Source: a bacterium
Lineage (GTDB): Bacteria > RBG-13-61-14 > DATKZS01
Assembly: GCA_963674965.2 (NCBI GenBank)
Contig: CAXXFL010000001.1
Span: 416,001 to 480,000 of the forward strand
Length of the DNA stretch: 64,000 nucleotides
Reading direction: 5' to 3'
Of the stretch, positions 9,517-18,624 are shown in pieces. Positions within the stretch are counted from its first letter, which is position 1. The number at the start of each line of letters is the position of its first letter. The translations under genes and the position numbers were made by a program. Below the pieces are notes generated by a model that was given only the letters and a program-made list of their open reading frames with translations, did no database searches and had not been told where the DNA came from.

Positions 9517-10497
9517 ATGAGCGCGAACCGTGAAGCACTGGTGGTGGGGGCCGGACCGGCGGGCCTGGTGGCCGCGATCAACCTGGCCCGAGACGGGTTC
9601 GAGGTGACCCTGTTCGAGAAGGAGCCGAAAATAGGCGGCAACCCCGAGTGGCACCCCTCCGCCCACGCCACGCCCCTCAAGGGACCCGAGACGTGGGAGT
9701 ACATCGGCATAGACTGCTCGAGCTGCTTCGTGGACTGCTCAGAGCGCTGCGACGTGTACATGAGCGAGAAGAAGCTCCAGATCGGACGCATTCCCCAGAG
9801 CCTGTGGGTTTGCGAGCGCGGCGGCCGCGAGACGTCCCTCGATTATCACCTTTACAAGACGGCCCTGGCCGAAAGCGTGAAGTTCGAGTTCGGCCGGAAC
9901 TTCTCGCCCGAGGACATGAAGGACGCGCCCGAGACGACCATATTGGCCGCGGGGCTTACGCCCTCCATCTACAAATACCTGGACAAGCCTTACTCGACCT
10001 ACGCGGGTTACCACGCCTTCCAGGACCACCCGGTGAAGGACTACCGGGCCGCCATCTACTTTGGCGGGCTGGGCAAGGAATACGGCTACACCAGCGCCAT
10101 TAACGGCATCTGGTACGTGCTGTTATTCTCGAGGGGCGAGATGCCCACCGAGAACCTGGATTACTTCGCGGGCATGATGGACCGGATCGAGGGCAAGAAT
10201 ATAGGGGAGTGGCGAAAGTTCGTGGGCGCCACGCCCAAGGAGGGCCCCGAGTTCAAGAGGTGGGACAGGTTCATCCTGGCCGGAACCCTGGCGGGATTCA
10301 TCGAGACCAACCTGGGCTTCGGCATCACCGGCGCCCTCATCTCCGGCAAGATAGCCGCCCGCGCCGCCACTGACCCAGAGGGGGCCCAAAAAGAGTTCGC
10401 CTCCTTCACCGACGGCATCAAGGCCCGCATCGCCCAGCGAAAAAAAGGCAACGTGGGCATAGGCTTCCAGATGGGCGAGGTGTGGTTTAAGATTTGA
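9517..10497 (+). CDS. FAD-dependent oxidoreductase (geranylgeranyl reductase-like)
   Basis: VVGAGPAGLVAA and C-terminal AG..AGF.....GFGI.GAL.SG.IAA. RBS GAGGAGG. TTGACA at 9459 upstream. Confidence 0.75.
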   Translation: MSANREALVVGAGPAGLVAAINLARDGFEVTLFEKEPKIGGNPEWHPSAHATPLKGPETWEYIGIDCSSCFVDCSERCDVYMSEKKLQIGRIPQSLWVCERGGRETSLDYHLYKTALAESVKFEFGRNFSPEDMKDAPETTILAAGLTPSIYKYLDKPYSTYAGYHAFQDHPVKDYRAAIYFGGLGKEYGYTSAINGIWYVLLFSRGEMPTENLDYFAGMMDRIEGKNIGEWRKFVGATPKEGPEFKRWDRFILAGTLAGFIETNLGFGITGALISGKIAARAATDPEGAQKEFASFTDGIKARIAQRKKGNVGIGFQMGEVWFKI

Positions 10498-10537
10498 CTC
10501 CTTAAGGCGCCCCCTCCGGCTTGTGACCAGGGCGCTC

Positions 10538-10628
10538 GGGTGGCTTGGCCGGTTTTGTAAAAAACCGCCCGGGGCCGGCGAAGCCGGATAGGTGATGGAC
10601 AAGATGGAAAAGGACGGTGGAAAGATGG
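10538..10628. repeat. REP-like element, second copy of 2068-2149
   Basis: GGGTGGC foot, CGGTTTT/AAAACCG hairpin, then CCCGGGGCCGGCGAAGCCGGATAGGTG...CGGTGGAAAGATGG. Confidence 0.7.
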
Positions 10629-10931
10629 AATAACGAGAGGGGCGGCCCAGGATGCCCATCCCGCAAAAAGCATGAAAGGAGAATCTGTTATGTCCAAAAA
10701 GAATGCTACAGTATCAATCCAAATAAGTGGGATGACATTTTTGAAGAATTCAAGGTAATGTTGCATACGGCGAGATGTTCGAAATTGACGCGGCAAATCT
10801 TCTGGGGGGTGGGCTTGCGGGATATGTGGGCTTTGGCCATAAATAGTAGTAGTTCCTCAACCTCGGTCTATATAAGTTGGGAATAAATCGGGTTTAAGAT
10901 AATTGACTGATTATTCCGTCCACGGGAGTGT

Positions 10932-11876
10932 TTGGTGAGCAAAAGAAGAGTTCGGTTAATGCTCGAGGTGGTAATGGTCGCTTTGGCGTTTATTGCCGGG
11001 TGCGCTGGCGAGTACGGCGTCGTGGGCATGAGGCCGGGCGTGGAGGTCTCACGCCTGGCGGACGCGGACCGGGAATTCGACGGGGAGGATTGGCGGTACC
11101 CGGAGGCGGGGGACGTGGTGAGGTTCGTGGGGGAGGACTACGGACACTTGCGCCGCGGCCGCGTCGAGACCGCGCGGGAAGGCGACCGCTTCTTCTTCCA
11201 GGGCAGGCTCTACCTCGCCCTCCACAAAGGCCAAGCCCAGGATGAATTAGCCGTCCAACCCACCGAGATCGTCCGAAGCCGGGTCGTCCGTACCTTCAAG
11301 CGCCCCGCCGACGAACTCGTCGACCTCCTCATCCTGTACGAGTCCGGCCAAGAATCCCTCATCACCGGCACCCCCGAGCACCCCTTCTTCGTCCCCGCCG
11401 TAAACGACTACGTCCCCATGGGCGAGTTGCGGCAAGGAACGGTCCTGAAAACGGACGACGGCTCAGTGGCCACTGTCAAGTCCGCTACAACCCGACACGG
11501 AGATTACAAGGTTTACAACTTTGAGGTCGAAGGCGTTCATAATTATTATGTAGTAATAAAGAATGGCGGGCATAGTGTTCTCGTACATAATAATTGCAGC
11601 GTGATTGATGATTCTGCTGAATATGCAGCATATTGGACAAGAAAAGCACCAAACCAAGTTACGCCAGGAACAAAGAGATTAGATCATCTGCGTGAAAGCG
11701 GGCGCACCGGAAGAATGGAAAAATCAAGAGTGATATATGACGATTATGGTAGACAGACGTATCGTGTTGACATGACTGACCATATGCGTCCTAATGATCA
11801 TAGTAATCCTCATCTTCATGTACGTACATATAATTCACGTCCTGGAAATCATAATTACACTGATGGAAGATTTTAG
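10932..11876 (+). CDS. Short polymorphic toxin: lipobox-like N-terminus, partial Hint domain, C-terminal His-rich toxin domain (Ntox24-like, tentative)
   Basis: Hint motifs ITGTPEHPFFV, VYNFEVEGVHNYYV and VLVHN. After HN the tip contains YDDYGRQ.YRVD.TDH.RP..H.NPHLH. N-terminus has KRR, a hydrophobic stretch and IAGC. GC drops sharply near 11500. Confidence 0.8.
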   Translation: MVSKRRVRLMLEVVMVALAFIAGCAGEYGVVGMRPGVEVSRLADADREFDGEDWRYPEAGDVVRFVGEDYGHLRRGRVETAREGDRFFFQGRLYLALHKGQAQDELAVQPTEIVRSRVVRTFKRPADELVDLLILYESGQESLITGTPEHPFFVPAVNDYVPMGELRQGTVLKTDDGSVATVKSATTRHGDYKVYNFEVEGVHNYYVVIKNGGHSVLVHNNCSVIDDSAEYAAYWTRKAPNQVTPGTKRLDHLRESGRTGRMEKSRVIYDDYGRQTYRVDMTDHMRPNDHSNPHLHVRTYNSRPGNHNYTDGRF

Positions 11877-11888
11877 CGGAGGGACAAT

Positions 11889-12332
11889 ATGGTAAAAGTT
11901 GATAATATCGATATAATAGAGCACAAAATTGGTCGCTGGCATCCTGGCGACCTCGCTATAGTCACTAAGTTTAGCTATATGAGTATTACAGAATCATCAG
12001 AATCGAAATTTATAATAGAATCATTGTTTCAAAAGAAGGATAGATCACGGCACACTTGGCCTTCAAAACAAGGCAAATGGTATTTTGTCATTATCCAGTT
12101 TACTGGAATATCAAATTTGAATATTACTGGAATTGGTGACTCTCCCAAACAAGTTATGGGTTTTGATATACTAGATATATCTAATCAAGGATGGGAAGGA
12201 ATAAATTTCCACATTGAAGATTATGAAGATGGAGTGATTGAGTTTTATTGTAAGAATATCCGGATTCTTTCCGTGGAGAAATATCATGGAAATAAAGAGT
12301 TCATAGAATTACGGTTGCGGAATGATGTATAA
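11889..12332 (+). CDS. Putative cognate immunity protein
   Basis: Starts 12 bp after the toxin stop with a GGAGG RBS. AT-rich, 147 aa, C-terminal DIS..GWE...F.IEDYE...IEFYC. Confidence 0.7.
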   Translation: MVKVDNIDIIEHKIGRWHPGDLAIVTKFSYMSITESSESKFIIESLFQKKDRSRHTWPSKQGKWYFVIIQFTGISNLNITGIGDSPKQVMGFDILDISNQGWEGINFHIEDYEDGVIEFYCKNIRILSVEKYHGNKEFIELRLRNDV

Positions 12333-12889
12333 TGCAGACCCACAGAATCGAGGACGGCACTTTAACGGGCCGAACAATGAACATTATGACTACTAATCAT
12401 AATTTACGGGATTTCTACGACCCTAGGCATGGAATATATGTATTGTATTTACATGGGGCAACCTGCTCGCTATTGTCGCATTTGCTGTCTCCGAAAATGC
12501 CTTATATTTTTTTTGATCGTCATGGGCCAATCTACTCAGCCGAATGGAGTAACCATCCAGTTGTGTTCAGCAAGAAAGGGACTCAATATGCCGCGGAAAT
12601 TAAAGCGATGTCATTCGATTTTCGAATGTTAACTAACGAGTTTCTAGAAATTCTGGATGAATTTGAAAAGTGTGGCATTCTGTTGTACCAAAGCAATAAA
12701 GAATTCCCACACAATTTCCAGGTAGATACAATTGAGGGATGCGGCGCGAAACTAATGCGAGAAAACGGCATCATTAGTGGTTTTTATCTGCCACATGAAG
12801 AGGAGACTGCACAATTCATGTCATTTGATGAGGAGCATTTTTCTAGGATATTAAAAAACCCCGTCATCGTAGATAAAATGTTTTGCTGA
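12332..12889 (+). CDS. Hypothetical protein, immunity-like, paralogue 1
   Basis: AT-rich. Aligns end to end with 13000-13548 (HNL.DFYD...GIY.L, LLS.LLSP..PYIF, FDF.M.T.EFL.ILDEF). Alignment suggests the true start is near 12386. Confidence 0.7.
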   Translation: MQTHRIEDGTLTGRTMNIMTTNHNLRDFYDPRHGIYVLYLHGATCSLLSHLLSPKMPYIFFDRHGPIYSAEWSNHPVVFSKKGTQYAAEIKAMSFDFRMLTNEFLEILDEFEKCGILLYQSNKEFPHNFQVDTIEGCGAKLMRENGIISGFYLPHEEETAQFMSFDEEHFSRILKNPVIVDKMFC

Positions 12890-12999
12890 TAAACGGCGGG
12901 TATTGTTTGGAAACGGAGAATTATCGGTTCTCAGGGCTAAGAGCAAAGGATGATTAATTTCATTCAAGAAGGAAAAACCGAGTGAGGTAGGCAATTATA

Positions 13000-13548
13000 A
13001 TGGTTTCCAGCCACAATATACAGAATTTCTACGATAAAGAAAAGGGTATCTATACTCTGGGTTTGGAGAGTGCTTCCTGCTTACTTCTATCGTATCTGCT
13101 GTCACCGGCGATCCCATATATTTTCGCCTACAGGTATAAGCCGAACGATATGTCCGAATGGTGGGAATGTCCGGTAATGTTGAGTAAGAAAGAAAAGCTA
13201 TACAGATTGGAAGTTAAGAGAATGGAATTCGATTTTCAAATGTCAACAGATGAGTTTCTGGACATTCTGGATGAATTTGGAAAGTCAGGAATAGAGATAT
13301 TCCAAAGCAATAATAAAATCCCGTCTACTTTGGCAATATACACAATTAACGAGAACTCTTTGCTTAGAGTGTTGCGGCACAATGGAATTACGAGTCGATT
13401 TTATCTACCAAACTATCATGGGGAGGCAACATTTTGGACATTTGATAAAGAGCATTTTTCAAACATTTTGGAAAACCCCGCTATTTCAGACCGAATATTA
13501 GAATGTAATCCACAGATATGTAATGAGAAAAAGGAGACGTCGAGATGA
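13000..13548 (+). CDS. Hypothetical protein, immunity-like, paralogue 2
   Basis: Tandem paralogue of the previous gene (NGI.S.FYLP, FD.EHFS.IL.NP). GAGGT RBS. Confidence 0.72.
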   Translation: MVSSHNIQNFYDKEKGIYTLGLESASCLLLSYLLSPAIPYIFAYRYKPNDMSEWWECPVMLSKKEKLYRLEVKRMEFDFQMSTDEFLDILDEFGKSGIEIFQSNNKIPSTLAIYTINENSLLRVLRHNGITSRFYLPNYHGEATFWTFDKEHFSNILENPAISDRILECNPQICNEKKETSR

Positions 13549-13805
13549 GAAGAAAGCAAGGCATGCCGGAGCTTGTTTACTGGGGATTGTAGGGTATTAA
13601 CTCGCGGGGGGTCGCGCTTGTGTTCTGCTGGTTATGCGTCGTCGCGGGAATAGTCGGGACGATTTACGGATTCATAGACCCCAGAGCTTTCGCCGGGATC
13701 GGATTGTTCCTTGCCGCCGGATGGTACTACTATGCAATCAAATGGGTTGACGCTAACTCGTCGTGGGACGATTAAGCCGTATTCGCCGGTTATTTTATAC
13801 CGCAT

Positions 13806-14170
13806 GGTGGCCCCTGCTTTTTCTAAAAAATACATGGGCGGCCTAGCCGCGGGCTGAGTATTATTTCATTCAGAAGTAAGCACGCAATATGTTATTTTAT
13901 TCCATTTGAACGGTGTGTTTATGTGGCTATCGGCGTCGGAGACGCTCAGCCCGTTCGCTTCGCTCACCCACGCAAAACGAGTGGGTGGCGCGGATAGCTC
14001 GCCTATCCGCGCGGCGTAAGCCGTTGGATTCTTATGTAAGCGCCCGGCGGACCGTAGCCTTTTTCCCGCGCCTTCGGCGCCCAGATAGCGGAGCTATCCG
14101 GGCCACCCCGGTTTGGCGTCGCGGGGTGACCCGCCCTGTTGCGAAAGAAACCGCGTGATAGGCCACCCCC
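13806..14170. repeat. Cluster of REP-like elements including an inverted doublet (REPIN-like)
   Basis: 13983-14108 begins GGGTGGCGCGGATAGCTCGCCTATCCGCG and ends CCCAGATAGCGGAGCTATCCGGGCCACCC. 14123-14158 resembles the reverse complement of part of 1988-2042. 13806-13862 resembles the reverse complement of 1906-1964. Confidence 0.75.
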
Positions 14171-14280
14171 GCCCGGGTAACCACGGTCCCACCCCCCAAC
14201 CGCCGGCCCGGCATGATGATCGGCCAAAAATAGAGCGGCGAAGGATTTCTCCCCCGCCGCTCGGCCGAGTCGCGTCGGCG

Positions 14281-16194
14281 TTACTTGTTCGGGTTGGGAT
14301 GGCACGTGGCGCAAAGGGGAAGCTCGGGCTTGCCCAGTTCGGCGGCCTTTTCCTCGTGGCATGAGACGCAATTACCGTGCATGGCGTCCTTGTAGCTTAG
14401 CGTGGCGAAGTTGACCTTTTGAGAGGGCGAGGCGCCTGGCCACATCTGCTGGTGACATTCCTGGCAGTTCTTGGCGTTCACGGGGTTTTTGTCCGCGGGA
14501 TGGCACTCGACGCAGCCGTCGTTTCCTCCGAACTCTCTCTGGTGCATTTTATGGTCGAAGGCCGAGCCCTGGCTGTACATGTCGTTATGGCAAGCGGCGC
14601 AGGAGGACGCGAAATCGTCGGGCACGTTCATATGATGGCACTCGACGCAGCCGTCTTTTCCGCCCGTCCTTTCCTTGTGTTTCTCGTGGTTGAAGAGCAC
14701 GAACTCCTTGTCCTGGTTGCCGTCCACTCGGAGCACGTCTCCCTTCCCCTCGACGTCCGCTTTGGCCGGCCTCACCGGAACGGGGTCATTCTTATAGCCG
14801 AAGATGGCCTCGGAGGGCAGAGCCGCCAGAGTGGCGGCCAGGCCGAGCACCAGCAGGATCGAGTACTTCCTGACGCCGGCGTTCAGCGGGTCGCCCAGCC
14901 AAATCCTCGTTCCTCTCGAGAACTCGGCCTTTTGGAAGGGCTCCCAATTCACGAACCATCTTTGCATGAAAAGCTCGTAAGTCCCGGTCATGACCCCGCG
15001 CGGGGTTTTTCCCTCCTCGCAGGCCGCCAGGCGGTCGTCGCAGGTCTCGAGGTCGCAGGCGTTGCCCACGGTCATTCGCTCGGGGAAGACCTCGAGGTTC
15101 TCGACGAAGTACATGAAGACCAGGCCCAGTCCGCTCACTATGCCCACGCTGACCATGATCTCGATCATGCTGGGGAAGTAGGACATGCCCGGCCATTTCT
15201 TCATGGTAATAAGAGCTATGTCCAGGCGGTACATGACCATGCCCAGGACCACCATGACGGCGGCCAGGAAAATCATCGAGCCCCTCTTTCTGTTTTTGGG
15301 AACGGCCAGGATGGCCGCCGGTATTATGGCGCTGAAGGACAACTCGAACAGGAACAGCCAGCTTTGCCATGACCCGTCCAGGCCCCCGGGAAGGACCCCG
15401 CGGGAGAAAAGGTCGCTCACCCGCAGGACCACGTAAAGCCCGAGAACGATGGCGCCGTAGCCCGCCAGGGAGCCGGTAAGCTCCTTTCTTGGCTCGTGCT
15501 TGTAAATCCAGGCCGAGACGAAATGCTCGGTGATGACCATCATGAAGCCCAGGGCGATGGCGGACACGAAGAAGTTAAGCGGCAGCATGAGCCCGGGGCT
15601 GTACCAGAGCGGATGGACGCGGAGGGGCATGATCACGAACAGGGACCCGAGAGAGCTTTGGTGCAGGGTCGAGAGCATGATGCCCAACAGCACAAGGGGA
15701 ATGGTGAGGGTCTTGAGCAGCTTGTATATCTTCTGGAGAGGTCCCCATTGGGCCAGCTTGTGCTCGAGGGCCGTGGGCGCGAACTCGAGGGCCAGCACGT
15801 TAAGGTAGAGGATAACGCAGGTGGCCACCTCGAAGAGCACGGAACGGTGCTGCCAGTAGACCATGGGATGCCAGATGTTGTACCAAAGCCCCAGGTCGAA
15901 CATGAGGCCGATGGCCACGGCCAGGTAGCCCAGGAAAGCCGTCAGCACGGCCGCCCGAACGAAGGGCCGAAACCTCTCGATCCTGAAGATATAGACCAGG
16001 GCCGCCATGACGAAGCCGCCCGCGGCCAGGGCCACGCCTGCCATGACGTCGAAGCCGATCCAGAAGCCCCAGGGAGTCGAGTCCGTCAGGTTGGTGGTCG
16101 CTCCCAGCCCCCGCGTGAACCGGCTTAAGGCCACCATGACGGCCATGCCGGTGAAAAGCCATAAAACGGTCTTGACCGCGTTGCGCCTATTCAT
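14281..16194 (-). CDS. NrfD/HybB/HmcC-type membrane subunit fused to a C-terminal hexaheme cytochrome c domain
   Basis: PWG.WIGFDV..GVALAAGGF, DLG, S.LFEV, STLHQSSLG.L and HPLW motifs. Six CxxCH motifs (CVECH, CAACH, CVECH, CQECH, CVSCH, CATCH) follow an extra hydrophobic helix. Confidence 0.9.
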   Translation of the reverse strand: MNRRNAVKTVLWLFTGMAVMVALSRFTRGLGATTNLTDSTPWGFWIGFDVMAGVALAAGGFVMAALVYIFRIERFRPFVRAAVLTAFLGYLAVAIGLMFDLGLWYNIWHPMVYWQHRSVLFEVATCVILYLNVLALEFAPTALEHKLAQWGPLQKIYKLLKTLTIPLVLLGIMLSTLHQSSLGSLFVIMPLRVHPLWYSPGLMLPLNFFVSAIALGFMMVITEHFVSAWIYKHEPRKELTGSLAGYGAIVLGLYVVLRVSDLFSRGVLPGGLDGSWQSWLFLFELSFSAIIPAAILAVPKNRKRGSMIFLAAVMVVLGMVMYRLDIALITMKKWPGMSYFPSMIEIMVSVGIVSGLGLVFMYFVENLEVFPERMTVGNACDLETCDDRLAACEEGKTPRGVMTGTYELFMQRWFVNWEPFQKAEFSRGTRIWLGDPLNAGVRKYSILLVLGLAATLAALPSEAIFGYKNDPVPVRPAKADVEGKGDVLRVDGNQDKEFVLFNHEKHKERTGGKDGCVECHHMNVPDDFASSCAACHNDMYSQGSAFDHKMHQREFGGNDGCVECHPADKNPVNAKNCQECHQQMWPGASPSQKVNFATLSYKDAMHGNCVSCHEEKAAELGKPELPLCATCHPNPNK

Positions 16195-17020
16195 CGGAAC
16201 TCTCCTTGTCTTCAGCGCATTTTTCCTCGGCGGCCACCTTGTCCCTGGCCGCCTGGATTTCCGCTTCAGCCTCGGTCATGGCGACCTCGCGCCTGCGGCC
16301 GGTAATCCAGTAAACGCTTCCCATTAAAACGCCCATGCCGATGAACTCGAAGGGGACCTTCTTCAAAACGCCCCAGGTCAGGTCGGGAAGCGGCTTCTCG
16401 GGCATCTTGTCCGACCAGCCCAGGAAACCCAGGTCCACGCCCTTCGGCGCCAGGTAGATGACGCCGGTCCCGCCTACTTCCTTCTCCCCGTAAATATGCG
16501 GGTTGTACTTGTCGGGATTCTTTTTGATCCGGTCCCTCGCCTCGGCCAGAAGCTCGTCGCGGTCCCAGAAGAAAACGGTCGCGCCCTCGGGGCACGCCTC
16601 GGTGCAGGCGGGCTGCTTCTTTTGCTGAATCCTGTTGTCGTAACACATTTTGCACTTCTTGATGACCGGAAGCGCGTCCTCCCAGCTATAGCGCGGAATG
16701 GCGTAGGGGCAGGCCATCATGCAGTAGCGGCAGCCCATGCACTTCCCGGCGTCGTACACCACCGGGCCTTCCTCGGTCTTGGTAAGCGCCCCCACGATGC
16801 AGGCCGACACGCAGGCCGGCTCGTCGCAATGCCTGCACTGCTTTCTCACGTAGCTTTGTTTGGGGGCCGGTACAACCGAGCACCAGCGGTTGGACCCCAG
16901 CCCGTCGCCGTTCTGGCGCCGGTTGGGCACGTGCTCGCCCAGGCCGTTTTCCTCGACGCAGGCCGAGACGCATTTATTGCAGCCTATGCACTTGGTCACG
17001 TCTGTGAGTATGCCAATCAT
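16187..17020 (-). CDS. 4x[4Fe-4S] ferredoxin-type subunit (HybA/HmcB-like) with C-terminal membrane anchor
   Basis: CIGCNKCVSAC, CRHCDEPACVSAC, CMGCRYCMMACP, KC.MC..R...PAC.EACP and IYGE.E.GGT motifs. Confidence 0.9.
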   Translation of the reverse strand: MIGILTDVTKCIGCNKCVSACVEENGLGEHVPNRRQNGDGLGSNRWCSVVPAPKQSYVRKQCRHCDEPACVSACIVGALTKTEEGPVVYDAGKCMGCRYCMMACPYAIPRYSWEDALPVIKKCKMCYDNRIQQKKQPACTEACPEGATVFFWDRDELLAEARDRIKKNPDKYNPHIYGEKEVGGTGVIYLAPKGVDLGFLGWSDKMPEKPLPDLTWGVLKKVPFEFIGMGVLMGSVYWITGRRREVAMTEAEAEIQAARDKVAAEEKCAEDKESSDE

Positions 17021-17730
17021 ATCGGACGTACCTCCTTTCGGCTTATGGTAAGGGCGACCTCCTCGCCCGCCCGGGCGGGGAATTTCCAGCCAAGCTCACC
17101 GGAGAAGCGAAGCACCGGATATATGGCCACGTGCGCCAGCTTGGTGAAGGGCATAAGGATGAGGGCCGCGTCCGCCGCCAGAACGTGGATCACCATGCTC
17201 GAGGTGTAGCTGATCGGGTTCCAGGGACGGCTCGCTATAAAGCCCGCCGCGAAAATCACGATGATAAGAAGAAGCAAAGCGTAATCCTGGAACTTGGAAA
17301 GTGGCCGCGCCGTTTTCGAGGCCAGCCTGCTTACCACCAGGCCCGCGGCCGCTAAAATGGTGACGAGCGTCAGAGCGTCGGCCGTTCCCTTCGAGACCGA
17401 GGGCGGGATAAAGCCAAGCCCCAGCCCGGCTTTCCAGAGCAGGGCGTGGTCGAGCAGGAGAAGGGGCGTGACGATAACGCCCACGTGCATGATGAAGCTC
17501 AGAAAGCCGTGAATCTTTCTCGAGTTGGTAAAGAGGTTCTTGACCGGGACCATCCATCCCGCGGTGGTCTTGCCCATCTGGGACCAGGGCAGGTTCTTGT
17601 CGTTGGCCCGGTAGTAGGCGAACGACGCGCCGTAAAGCCCCAGTATCAACTCCCGGAGCAGCCCCAGGGCCGCCACCATAACGGCGAACCTGAATACGGG
17701 GCCTCGCAAAGTTAAAAGCCATTCCTCCAT
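17017..17730 (-). CDS. Cytochrome b membrane subunit (NarI/DsrM/HmcE-like), copy 2
   Basis: L.GP.F, FIMH.G.I..PL.L.DH, S...DY and H........MPFTKL.H motifs (four candidate heme-ligand His). Confidence 0.85.
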   Translation of the reverse strand: MEEWLLTLRGPVFRFAVMVAALGLLRELILGLYGASFAYYRANDKNLPWSQMGKTTAGWMVPVKNLFTNSRKIHGFLSFIMHVGVIVTPLLLLDHALLWKAGLGLGFIPPSVSKGTADALTLVTILAAAGLVVSRLASKTARPLSKFQDYALLLLIIVIFAAGFIASRPWNPISYTSSMVIHVLAADAALILMPFTKLAHVAIYPVLRFSGELGWKFPARAGEEVALTISRKEVRPI

Positions 17731-17780
17731 GTTTTTCCCCCTTGATCGGTCGAATCTTTTCCTAAGCCCCGGGCCGCGGC

Positions 17781-18608
17781 CTAAATGGGGCGTACTTCCT
17801 TGTTGCTGACGGTCAGGGCAACTTCCTCGCCCGCCCGGGACGGGAACTTCCAGCCCAGCTCTCCCGAGAACTTGAGGACCGGATACAAGACTATGTGGGA
17901 GAGCTTGGTAAAGGGCGTGAGAAGAAGCAACAGGTCACCGGCCAGGACGTGAATAATCATCGTTCCTTCCCAACTGACGGGGTTCCAGGGACGGCTGGCC
18001 GAGTAGCCCGAGAGGAAGATAACCATGATCATGAAAAGAAGCGCGTAGTCCTGGAAGGTCGAGAGCGTCCGCGCCGTTCTCGAGGCGATCCTTTTAACGA
18101 CGAGGCTCACCGCCATGACGATGGTCACGATGGTCAGAAAATTGGCCAACGTCTGGGGAAGCGCGGGCGGCCTTACGCCGATCGACTTTTCCCACAGAAG
18201 TAGATGATCGAGCAGCAGAAGAGGAACTATCACCACGCCCAGGTGCAGGAAAAATGAAAGGGCCGTATGAATCTTCCCGTGACCCTTGAAAGTATCTTTC
18301 CCTTTTTCCATGTACTCGCCGGCCAGGGGCCCGAGAAAACCCAACTTGCCTGCGCCCCTTTCCCGTTGGCTTTTGAATTCCCTGCCCGCGTCGGCCATGA
18401 ATTCCCTCGACATCCTCGCCGCCGGCAGGGTCCATCCGAAGACCCTCCTCCACATCTGGTCCCAGGGAAGGTCTTTATCGTTGGCCCGGCGATAAGCCAA
18501 AGCCGCGCCGTAAACCCCGATAAAAAGCTCCCTCGCCAGCCCCAGAACGGCCACAGCCAGCGCGAACCTGAAAACGGGTCCTTTCAGAACCCAGAGCCAT
18601 GCTTCCAT
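17781..18608 (-). CDS. Cytochrome b membrane subunit (NarI/DsrM/HmcE-like), copy 1
   Basis: Paralogue of 17017-17730 with near-identical C-terminus FSGELGWKFP.RAGEEVALT.S.KEVRPI and a ~38 aa hydrophilic insertion. Confidence 0.85.
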   Translation of the reverse strand: MEAWLWVLKGPVFRFALAVAVLGLARELFIGVYGAALAYRRANDKDLPWDQMWRRVFGWTLPAARMSREFMADAGREFKSQRERGAGKLGFLGPLAGEYMEKGKDTFKGHGKIHTALSFFLHLGVVIVPLLLLDHLLLWEKSIGVRPPALPQTLANFLTIVTIVMAVSLVVKRIASRTARTLSTFQDYALLFMIMVIFLSGYSASRPWNPVSWEGTMIIHVLAGDLLLLLTPFTKLSHIVLYPVLKFSGELGWKFPSRAGEEVALTVSNKEVRPI

Positions 18609-18624
18609 GCGACTTACCCCGCCC

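Noticed and set aside
10617-10886. 89-aa ORF before the toxin gene
   Set aside because: Starts inside a repeat and has no clear RBS or motif. It may be a gene remnant but cannot be supported.
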